DNA from: Anthoceros angustus
Taxonomy: Eukaryota > Plantae > Anthocerotophyta
Assembly (NCBI GenBank): GCA_010909165.1
Contig: VJWM01000205.1
Location: 248,001-312,000 of the forward strand
Length of the DNA: 64,000 nucleotides
Direction: 5' to 3'
Shown one piece after another: positions 1-11,000 of the stretch. Numbering within the stretch: position 1 is the first letter of the stretch; each line of letters begins with the position of its first letter. Below the pieces are notes generated by a model. It was not told the origin of the DNA. It did no database searches and saw only the letters and a program-made list of their open reading frames with translations. A program made the position numbers and the translations under genes.

Positions 1-771
1 CTCTGAAGCATTCCAATGCCCACATTGCGCATTTGCAAAGTAAAGGCTGGTGACTAACCCAATCCTTACTGTCAAGAACACTCCAAAGCGGAGAACATGA
101 TGGGCAAGCTATGACACCCTGCTTCTGTTCTCACCATGTACGGGCCTGGTGGGCTCAACTATCAGGCAAGAAAAACCCATCGGGCGGATTTGATGCAGCC
201 TCGTCGTACTTCGCACATGCCGTGGATGGCACGGGTCCCTCCGAAGAACCTGCCCGCCTGACTTTTAAGCGCGGCCGTGTGCCCCACCATGCTTGTCATG
301 AGTTTAACTCCTGCTCTTCGACAACCGAGTGAACGGGCAGCTGGCAGACAGTTGCTACCATTCCTTTCCTTTCCTTCGCGCTTCGCTTCGCTTCCCTTGC
401 CTTCCCATTGTCTAGAGGAAGCCTGTGCTCTGTGACGAAGGTTAAAATGCAGCTCGTAGACTGTGACGAACGAAAACATTGTGAAGAAAAGGAAAAAGAC
501 GAAACGGTGAGTGTCTGTGAAACTTCCATTGGAGTCCTCGACGTCATGGACAGTGAAATGACAGATGACAGCGCCTTCCTGGCGAGGTAGTCTAGAAAGC
601 TATTGGAAGCAATAGGATGCTTTCCCCGAGACGCAACTGTAGAGCTCCAGCGGCATCCTGAGCTGCAGAATCCATTACCTTACGAGTGTGCAGGGCAGCT
701 GTGTGGCAGTGTGGCGATATGAGCTGTTGATGGAGTTGTGTGATCCTGACGGAGAGCCCGATGCTTGGCGG

Positions 772-1309
772 ATTGCAGATGTTTTGAACTCGTAGATGTG
801 ACTGTCGAGCTTACTAGAATGTGTATCATTCAATAAAGGTATTGCCCTTCATGCCAAACATCGTTTTCGCGTGCTTTCTGTTCGAAAGCGGATCACTATC
901 AGCCTCTTGCGCGCCCACCTCCTCGGTTGATGTGAATCCAGCTGTGCCAAGAAGGTTCAGTGCGCTCCAGAATTAGATCAAGTTTCTTTGCCTATGTTTG
1001 TCAGTTGTTGTGCTTGCGGGTGTAAAATCGGGCTGCAAAGGAGCCACCTCAAACGGTTACATTGCCAGTGGCGGCTAATTGGAACCCGTGGCCTGACCAG
1101 AGCATTTGATGGTTTCCGAGGTTTTTCAATCGAGTCCTCTCATCTTCCTTGCAGAGAAATCGTGAACTGTTTTAAGAAGTGTATCAACGGCCAAGAGCAA
1201 ACTTTCTTTGTCAGCAGATGCCATTGACATGAGGTGTGTAGCAAGCAGAAGTGGCTGTCATTTCCAAGCTGTTGCAATATGGTTGACCAAAGTTTGAGTT
1301 ATTGCAGAT
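772..1309 (+). repeat. Circularly permuted near-identical copy (order A-B) of segment 2856-3388 (order B-A), flanked by 9-bp direct repeats ATTGCAGAT at 772-780 and 1301-1309
   Basis: 781-831 matches 3337-3388 and 832-1309 matches 2856-3336. The four differences I found are 1-nt shorter homopolymer runs in this copy. Confidence 0.95.
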
Positions 1310-1455
1310 CTATCTTTCCATTTGGCGAAGGAAAACCCTGGACAGGCTGGATGATGAATTTGGTTGAGCACCAAGCGGGTGATGCTGTATCAGGCATGAT
1401 CTCGTCGTAGGATTCAGGTATCTCGGAATTCTTCACGGGTAGAGAAGGAACCGGA

Positions 1456-2005
1456 ATGACATGCCAGGGCGGCGTGGATTTGGTAATGTGGAAGAGGCCT
1501 TGGTTGGCAACAATTGTGCTGGCGTGCGGCACATTTGTGTACCACGAGTGTGTTCTGAGGGACCGGAGCTTGGTGTCTCTTCTCTCTGACGTCCTAATGG
1601 TGTTTTTCATTACAATAGGAACACTCGGGTTCTACTTTCGCAGTCGGAATGAGCCGATTCTGGATTTCCGGCAGTTCGAGGTGTCCGCGGATGCTGCCAA
1701 CAGTGGCTGCCTTCGCCAACACAGTCGGAGCTGCCGAAAGCGTTTTGCGCGTTGCTGCCTGCGGATCTGACATCAAGCTGTTCATCAAGGTGATTTTCGT
1801 ACTTTTTCTGACAGCTGCGATGGGAAGGGCGGCGTCTGGCGGCACTGTCGCTTACGTTGCGTTATGGATCATCTTCATTATACCAATTGGCCTCGCGAAG
1901 CTAGCACCAGCTGCCGCTCAAAGCAAGTTTCTCAATCGGCAGGCGTCGGCTGTGGGAAACCCTGGCAAGGCTGGCCCTCGGAATCGGTACGTGCCGTCAT
2001 CGTAG
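1456..2005 (+). CDS. Reticulon-like protein (RTNLB22/23-like), intronless, with a frameshift near 1700 (sequencing error or pseudogene)
   Basis: ORF 1456 (DLVMWKRPWLATIVLACGTFVYHECVLRDRSLVSLLSDVLMV) joins ORF 1649 (ANTVGAAESVLRVAACGSDIKLFIKV...GRAASGGTVAY). The ANTVGAAESVLRVAA motif is typical of plant RTNLB22/23. Confidence 0.75.
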
Positions 2006-2677
2006 GCTTGGCGAAGTTATGAAATCAGTGGGGAGATTCAGTCATTCTTCCTTTGCAAATCAGTCTCAGGATGTGTGGAGATGCTCGAAGACAACATTTC
2101 GTTATGCTGGTGTTGGATGGGATTGTTGGTTGGGCAATTCATTACCTAGACTACTTTAACCCGCGCCGGTCACCCGGGTGGTACAACTGCGATGGCAACT
2201 GCGGAGACTTCCTGTTTGTGGCTCTCTTATGGTCGTTGGTCAGTTGACGCCATCGCTGTGGTGTTGAGCGAATGTGAAACGAGAGAAGTTACTGGTGTTA
2301 CTGGTGAGGGAATGCTCGCGTGACTCGAGACAAACTGAACTGTGCTTTTAACCGGGACAGGAGGACTTTGCGACTTTGCCAACGCCAAGCTCGGCTCTTG
2401 GGCTTCATTTTGAACAGCAGCAAGTGGCAACATTCCGTCTTGGTGGTTCTTCTCCATTCTGAATGTTGCGTGCCTGTCTGATTTCCGTTTCATCTATCGC
2501 GGTCGTCTGTGGTTGTGTGGTGTGCCGTGTACAATTGACGGAATGTTGAGAGGAAGTTGTGTATGACAAGGAGGCACAGCGACATCTTGGAGGATCTCGA
2601 GTTGCTGCAGGAAAGGCGGAAGCAAGGTGGGAAAGCTTGATGGACGGCCACAGGAAAGACCGGGTTCTATTGCGCAG

Positions 2678-2723
2678 CACTATTTTAGGCTTCTACCCAG
2701 CACTATTTTAGGCTTCCACCCAG
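2678..2723 (+). repeat. 23-bp tandem duplication (CACTATTTTAGGCTT(C/T)...CCCAG x2) upstream of the CCDC57-like gene
   Basis: 2678-2700 vs 2701-2723, one mismatch. Confidence 0.9.
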
Positions 2724-2843
2724 ATCCTGTGTGTCTGTCTACGGGCATCTGCAAGCTGTCAGGCTATCCGAGTGCAGAGAACCAATCCGCATAGTGGCAG
2801 AAGGTTCCGTTGCGGCTTTGTCGTGGACTCTTTTAGGCTTTAG

Positions 2844-3388
2844 TGTGTGTCATTCAATAAAGGTATTGCCCTTCATGCCAAACATCGTTTTCGCGTGCTT
2901 TCTGTTCGAAAGCGGATCACTATCAGCCTCTTGCGCGCCCACCTCCTCGGTTGATGTGAATCCAGCTGTGCCAAGAAGGGTTCAGTGCGCTCCAGAATTA
3001 GATCAAGTTTCTTTGCCTATGTTTGTCAGTTGTTGTGCTTGCGGGGTGTAAAATCGGGCTGCAAAAGGAGCCACCTCAAACGGTTACATTGCCAGTGGCG
3101 GCTAATTGGAACCCGTGGCCTGACCAGAGCATTTGATGGTTTCCGAGGTTTTTCAATCGAGTCCTCTCATCTTCCTTGCAGAGAAATCGTGAACTGTTTT
3201 AAGAAGTGTATCAACGGCCAAGAGCAAACTTTCTTTGTCAGCAGATGCCATTGACATGAGGTGTGTAGCAAGCAGAAGTGGCTGTCATTTCCAAGCTGTT
3301 GCAATATGGTTGACCAAAGTTTGAGTTATTGCAGATGTTTTTGAACTCGTAGATGTGACTGTCGAGCTTACTAGAATGTGTATCATTC
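2844..3388 (+). repeat. Donor segment of the permuted duplication, bounded by imperfect 12-bp direct repeats TGTGT(G/A)TCATTC. Contains the putative start-codon exon (3182-3260) of the CCDC57-like gene.
   Basis: TGTGTGTCATTC at 2844-2855 and TGTGTATCATTC at 3377-3388. Confidence 0.9.
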
Positions 3389-6300
3389 TTATTAAACCAA
3401 GGTATTTTTCTGCAGGTCACAGGGGATGGAATTACGGGTCCGCCACTTGTCTGAGCAGCTCCGGACAAGAGATGCGGAAGTGTCAGCCTTGAGGTCTCAG
3501 ATCGGTTTGCTGACGAGTGACTTCAAGTATAATCTCAAACTTCTGAAAGAACGGGATTGGGAGCTGGACCAAAATGAACATCAAATGGTAAGATTCTCAT
3601 AAGCTGTATGAGGAGTACTTGTGCCCAAGTCCTCTAGTAGATCCTGAAAGAAGCTTACCATCTTGGCAGAAGGAGATGCTCAGAAAAATTGCAGAACAAG
3701 AGAAAGAGCACAAAATTTCTGTTGCTGAGTTGACAAGGTGCAAGGAAGCATCAGATCGAGACCGTGCTTGCATTCTGGAACTAAAGGAGACCCTAGCGCA
3801 GTATCAGGACGCTGTGAGTGGATGTTGCACTGATGCACCCAGATGCTAAGAGTTGTAGCGATATAAATTGAACTGCCTGTGAAGTGCAGGTGCATACAGT
3901 AAGACAGAGGCTTGAAGAAGCTAGGCAGATGAGAGACCAGGAGCTCTCCCATCATCACTCTGAGCGTGAGCTCCTGCAAGGCAGTAGGTCACATACTCTA
4001 ACTTGCAACAGATTCCCTGCTCACTCACTCTCTCTTGTCTGCCATTGTCAACTAAGAAACTGAACGGGCTGGTCAGAACTGCAGAAGCAAGCTGAGGAGC
4101 TTAGAGCAGAAATAGAGGTTGCACGCAAGGAGGCGGCTGCAGCTTGTGAGCGCAAGTGGTCTAAGCTTCTCCATGAGTGCAACCAGTCAGTGGCCTCACT
4201 TGTATCGGAGAAGGGTACACTTTTATTGCAGAAGAGGCAACTGGTAATTTTAAAGTAGCCAAACTGCATACAAGTTTGTCGCTAAGGAAAAAAACTGCAT
4301 GCAAGTGATTTCTACAGAGTGACGCAGTGCATATACCTTTCATCACAAGTCTCGGTCGTGGTTCTTTCTTTCAGGAGAAGGAGATGGAGGGTATGCGGGA
4401 GCAAGTAAGGCAGCTTCAGCAAACTGTTGCCGACCTCTCTTCAGTTGCTGGTGAAAGCAGAAAGGAGTGTGTTGTGTTGAGGGATCAACTCGAAACCCTG
4501 AAGGTAATTTTTTTTTTGTTCTCTGTCCTTTCAGAAAACATACGATCATATCTTCAATTGCCATCAACATTGCCGTAAAGGCGATGCCATATTTCTGGAC
4601 TGATTACGGAATCTTCCTTCCCCACTATTCGCATTGCAGAGTGTTAGGGTGTTAGGTTGTATTCAATATCCATTTCCATCAACCACCTCATGCCGTTTAC
4701 AGACAATTCTGATGAAATGAGGTGTGGAAACACAGGTGGAGATACATCGTAAAGTCGAAGAACTGGAACATGAAAGGCATCGAGCAGTAGAGTTGGAGCT
4801 CGAAAGGCAGTGCAGCAGCAAACGAATTGCAGCACTTGAGCATGAAAGGGGGTGCATCGAGGAATCTGTTAGCCAGAGGCTCGCTGCAGAACATGAAAGT
4901 GCTGTGCAAGATCTCTATTCTCAGCTACAGTACGCTGAACATACTCTTGCTGTGGTGCGCAATGAAGCAGAGTCTAGGTGATAATCCTTCACATTCCCAT
5001 GTACAACCGTATTGCTGGCAATTCATGGTCTGTCAGATCCTGAAAAAAACAGCTTCTCCTGGACTGAAGGGCCATGGAGCAGAATGCCAACCATGTGAGG
5101 GAGTTGGAGAAGCTGCACCAGGATGCCGAAAAGGAAGCTATTCATAACGCAAATGAAGTGCAGAGGTTGCATGAAGACGCCCAGAATCATGCCACTAACT
5201 ATGCCAAAGAGCTTGAGAAGTTGAAGCAGGATGCCCAGAACCAAGCAACAATGTACGTAGCAGCTCTTTCCTCATGGAGAGTTTTCTTTGTGTTTCAAGT
5301 CTATCTTTTTCTACCTCAGCTGACGGTGATAAGGTTGCGAGCACTTGAACGGTTTTTCCATGTTATGTACAGGTTTGCAAGAGAAATTGCTGTTCTGAAA
5401 GAGAGGTCGAACTCAGCGGTGTGTGCATGCCAGTCCCGTCCTCAGAGCCACAAAGGAGAGCAGGTATTTTGATTGTACTCATATTCTATATCGGAAGGTG
5501 TTCAAAATGTAACGGTTTCTATGTTTCTACTATCCACGCAGGCAGTCAATGCCACAAGCTAACTGAGAACGTGCCACAACATGTTATATTGCTGGCAGGG
5601 TCCACAAGGTCCAGCAGTCAATAAAGGTAGTTTGGTAGAAACTGGACACGGATCAAGCAAAAATGTACTGAGACATCACATGCAACATCCACAGACAGGT
5701 AGAACTGGTGAGATTGTGCACGGTGCGGGCATTTATGACCTTAGCAAGGCAGGTAGTGGCAGTGATGAGCTATCAGGGCCGGAAGACGACGAAGCTTATG
5801 GGCAACATGAGATCGGCGACCTTGACATATCACCTGCAGAAGCGAGTGAACGATTCGCACATGACACCAACCATTACAGAGTGCGGATGGTTTTGGAAGC
5901 TGAGAACCGATTCCTGAGGGAGAAGCTGAAAGAGCTTCAACATCAAAATGAAACCGTGGGGAAGATCATCTTTGATCTGAGGCATGAACTAGAAGCTGCA
6001 GGGCTTCTTAAACCTACGCAGAATGTAGACCCCAACTACGTGGGAAAAGGTGGTCAACCAGTGAGTCCTCCAGCACCAGCAGCGACACCAAGCAACCTCT
6101 CTCCCAGGAAGCCCAGTTCTGGTGCTACATTATCAAGGTGGCCGTCAGTCGTCTTCTCATATCTGAATTAATCACCAGGTCGGACATGGTTAACAATCCT
6201 ATTCTCTTGCACCTGAATGTACTTTGCAGGCCCTTCTTGAATCAAGCTTCAGGGTCTGTGAGTCCAGCTACATCACCCAGGAAGGAGTCTTTCAAAGATG

Positions 6301-7043
6301 AGCCACCGTTGTCACTAGCAGATAGACAAGAGCTCCAACTTCTTCGATCTTACTATGCCGAGCTGAGTGCCGAAAGCGATCAGGTGCATGCTTTGCTCGA
6401 CTCACATAACCACTTGCCTCGTCTAGGAGAAAGGGAAAATTCTTGTTGCACATCCCTTTCCACGTAATGTTGACTTTCTGACAAAGAAATTTACGGTACA
6501 CAGCTTGAGTATGTGCATGGGAAACCTCCCGCATCTGCTGCCAGTTCAATAGCTTCTAAGACGAAACGGACGAGTTTTACCCCGGAAAGCTTTAGGCTGA
6601 ACCGGATTTCTCCTCTTGCTGACCATCAATCATTTGCCAAGTCAAGGGAGCTCTCAGAGCTCACAAGCCGGCAGCACCACAGGCAAGGTTTCTCTCCTGG
6701 AGCTGGGCACCAGCGGCACAGCACGTCAAGGGATAGTCTGCAGGAGAGAAGCAGGCTGATTGAAAGGAGGTTCCAGGATACGAGGAAGAAGGCTGAGAAG
6801 AACCTAAACGACCGTGCTGGGAGAACAAGCACACCCCTTGTACGTCATAACGCATTGAAGATAATGAATGCTGGATCCTTCCGTAGGCCATCCAGTTCTT
6901 CAGAGAGCGAAGGTGATAGCTGCTGTGGGAACCTTGAGGACGACAGTGACTCTAGTGCAGATGATGCAGCTTTGAGTCCACCCAAAGCCTTTCGAAGGAC
7001 ACCCGTCACAGACGCTGATGGGAGGGGTCACATGAAGAGTTAA
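3256..7043 (+). CDS. Multi-exon coiled-coil protein, CCDC57-like (centriole/basal-body family). A further 3' exon near 7150-7260 is possible.
   Basis: ATG AG|GT at 3256-3260 splices to 3416 giving MRSQGMELRVRHLSEQLRTRDAEVSALRSQIGLLTSDFKYNLKLLKERDWELDQNE, resembling the CCDC57 N-terminal motif DFVYNLQVLEERDLELERY. Later exons (ELELERQC; LKELQHQNETVGKIIFDLRHELE) also resemble CCDC57 segments. Canonical GT-AG introns. Confidence 0.65.
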
Positions 7044-8016
7044 GGTGTGAGTCAGTCCTGCCTTTTTCCTGTACATTCCCAGTTTTCCACCTGTATAAGA
7101 ACCGGAATATTGTCAGAATACTGTACTGACGGTTGCTGAGCTTGACAGGTTCTTAAAGGAAGGGCAACAAAGGTAGTTGATGATCGACTGGGTTCCATGG
7201 TTCCTACTCCGCCTGTGACAAGGCTGAAGAGTATATTGAGGCCTGGTACTAGAAGCTCAGGTTACTTTGAAGGTTGTACTGCACAGACATTTTGCAGTGG
7301 CTTCCTTCATTCGCAAACAGGCAAACAGAGCGTTTTGATGTTTACAGACAGGGTACTTGGTTGATTCAGACTGCAGTATGTGACAGGTAACTCTCAGACC
7401 TGCTAAGGCTTACTCTTGGAAGCTCCCTGATCCTATCCTATTCTACACTCTGGCAGAGATGTTGGTGACTGTTGTCAGACCTAGGTAATTTACCGCGTCG
7501 GGCAACACTGATGACGCAACTATGTTAGTAACTTGGGTCCACCATGGCTCATAATTTACATCCCGCATCTAGCAAGGCTGATGACGCAAAAATGCTATCT
7601 TGATCCTACACGATGATGTGAGAAACGAATATCCTACACCCCCTATAAGTACACCAATGCTCAACTAAGCCGATACAAGCCTTCCTCTTCCTTGAGCTGC
7701 CGCACCTTGAAAAACAGACAAGAAGAGATCCAATATTGTGCACTGCGGAAGTGCAGGAGGCCATCAGAACCATGGTCTCCTGCCATGGGAAAGACGAAAG
7801 TGCAACGACAGATCCCAACATACCTGTACAAGCAGGGCACGTATGACAATCAATATTCCTGGACGACTCGATCAGTGGCATTCGTATTTCCCTCAAAAGT
7901 TATAGCTCCTGGGCTTGTCGACAGTGCCCTACAACACACAGGCAGACGAGAGGAATTATTAGCTTGAAGTTCAGAGTTATAAGTATTCATGAATGGCAAG
8001 CTTTGCCATGGAAAGC

Positions 8017-11000
8017 TCAAAGGGGACATCCAACTTGTTGTACATTGCCCTGTACGTAATAAGCCAGCTGGGACTTAAGAGTCGCAATTTCCTCCCTGTA
8101 TGATTGCAACTTCAGTTCAACAAGATTTTTTGCCTGCACACAGAATATTGTGCTAGCTGTCGTGAGCAGACAGGAACCTGACAAGGAAGAGGGCTGATAC
8201 CAATTATATATGAAAGGGAAAAGGGGACGATGGAATTATTGGCCTGTGCACATATTGTGATAGATGCGGTGAGCAGACAGGAAGCTAACAAGAAAGAGAG
8301 GCTAGGTGTACATAGAGGGAAATGGGGACAAGGGAGAGAGTTGTCACAGGCAGAACCTACCTTCTCGCATATTGCCACCTGCCATAGGTGCATACGAAAA
8401 TTCACATTAGATACGTTGAAACTGATAAGTCATTTGGTACATGAAATCAGATAAAGGAGGAATTATTCACCACTTCCAGATCGTTAGATGGTAGGCCGTT
8501 AAGTTCCAAAAGGTTTGTCTCCAAAGCCCCTCCAATCTTTTCAAGTGTATTCAGTGCCATTCTGAGTCGTCTGAATTTCACACATCGACGATTATCAGCA
8601 CAGAAATGAGGGGAGAAAGAACAAGGGTGTTGACCATGCGAATAGTGGACAACTGACCTCTGCAGTACAAATACCACTTGATCTAGTGTGCCATCTGTTG
8701 CACAACTAGAGGCGTTTGAGAGGCCCGAGTCCAGAGGTAGATGAACAGACAGCATCCCTGACGCTTGAGGATCTCCGGCTCTGCTCAAACACATGCATCT
8801 CAATCCCCTTAGACCCTCTCTACCTTGTGAGCAGTAGTGCCAGCAAATCATATAGGCCAGTGAGCATGAAAGGAAACAAGAATCTCATCTGTGCTGTAGA
8901 TCGTGAAACCGATGAGGGGTGCTCACCTCCCATAGTAACCACCTCCATTTGTATGCTGATCATCAAGCTCCCCCCTGTTGACAGCTGATAGGGCGGAGTA
9001 CTGAGCAGTCTGCTGGTTGTCAACTTCATGCCTGTCGTTAAATAGAGCTTGTACACGGCTCTCATACATAGAGTTGTTCACTGTCAGAGGCTGCATTGTC
9101 ATATCTTGGTAAGGAGCCACGGCTTGAGATGTTGCCTGTTTTGAGCCCAATGCGTGTCGAAAGTGCTGGGCTGGCGTGGTCGCAGCAGATGAACATGTTG
9201 GGCCAGCAGTCGGTAGTCGTCCAGGAAGCGACGAATTTACTGATGAGTACGAAGGCATGTGAGTTGGTGATGGTGTTGGTGGCATAAGTGCACCAGTACC
9301 AGCATGTACTCCTTGAGGTGTTGCTGTCTGTCTCTCACCATTGTCATATCTTTGAGCTGACACTGACATACTATTTGCTGCGAGCTGCTTGAAAACATCC
9401 CCATGAGACTGATCAGATGCTTGAGGCGCTGTAGACAAGCGGGATCCAAAAACCGAAGATGCGTTTGCCAGTTGACTTGAACCCTGACAAGTAGAAACTC
9501 AGAGACATCAGGGACCCTTGCTTCCTGCTCTCTCTGAGAACTTCCTAGAGAATGAAAAGAGGATGAAATGAGCTAGAAAAAAGACTATAAAACAGCGTGA
9601 TCAGACCTTGTTGCTTTGCTGTGCTGCACTTGAGCGGGCCATCAAAGAAGCCTCAGCAGAGGAGCCGCTATCAATCAATTGCAACTCCTGCACATGTAAA
9701 CACGCGATTGCAGCATCTATCATTTACGCTCAATGACTAGCTCGCAACTCCCACTGCATCACAGTGACTGCCACTGATACCAACCTGTACTCCTTGCATT
9801 GAGCCAGGAAGCAGATATTGGTGTTGCTGGATAACATTCGAGTGATGTTTGTGTGGACCTTGGTGTTCTATCCCTTGATTAGGCACATTTAACTGCTGAG
9901 CACCCAATGTCTTGTGTCTTTGAGTGCTTTTTCCAAACAAATCTGCTGCATGCAAGTTTGTAGTTCGAAGCTCACTCATGCCATCAAGCCCCTCTGGCAT
10001 TCCATACTGTGTCACCAAAGCCAGAGTCAGGTGATCATCCGTATTCTGACCCTCCATTCCATTTCGATCCTGACATTGTCCCTGCACGAAAAAGAACCTT
10101 AGTCAAGACTGACTTCCGACAGATGCTGCATACTTAGTACCTGTGACCGCATCATGTCATTGTGCAGTGCGGACAGTTCTCCATAAACCGAGCTTACCTT
10201 TCCAGACAACTGAGTTTCAAAATCTTGTCGGAGCTTCTCTTGCCTTCCAAATTCTTGCTGTTGGTTCAAGTACTCTTGCCGTGCAATCTCCTTTCTCTGA
10301 GCGTCATACTCCTGCCTTTGCCTCTCTTGTCTTGCGATTTCCCTCTGCTGTCGAGCTTCGTACGCCTGTCTCGCACTTTCTTGCTGAGCCACTAGTTCCT
10401 GCTGCTTCTCATACTCTTCCCTGCGCGATCTTTCTTGACTTTCAAGCAGTTCTCGCTGTTGAGTTTCATACGCTCTCTCCAGTCTGGCACTCTCTTCGCG
10501 ACGAGCTTCCATGTCCTTTCTTTCTCTCTCCTGCCTTGCTGCCTCTTCTTGGCGAGCTTCATACTCCTGTCTTTCCCTTTCCTGTCTTGCATGCTCTTCC
10601 TGCTGTGCCATCAATCTCTGCTGCCGTGCGTTCTCTTCTTGTTGCCGTTTATCTCTGGCAATTTCTTCCTGTTGAGCTTCGTATTCTTGCCTGGCCGTTT
10701 CCTGACGCAGAAGCTCTTCCTGCTCTTCTCTGCGTTTCTTTTCCCTGGCAAGCTCTTCTTGCCTGGCCTTTTCCTCTTTGGCCTGTTGAAGAAGTTGCTG
10801 AAGCTCAGCTTGCTTTTCAAGCATTTCTAGCTCCTTTGCTTTCATGGCTTTGCACTCCTGCCCATGACACCAGAGTAGCTTGTTAAAAAAACAAACTTCA
10901 CACCATTTATGAATGAGAGCCACATTCTGCATCACTGGAAAACTTACCTCATTTAGTTTCTTCAACTCCTCTTCCTGTCTCTTCCGCGCCTGCCATGACG

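Noticed and set aside
1-770. Short ORFs at the window start (111-332, 408-590)
   Set aside because: No recognisable domain and stops in all frames; possibly decayed gene sequence or the end of a gene outside the window.
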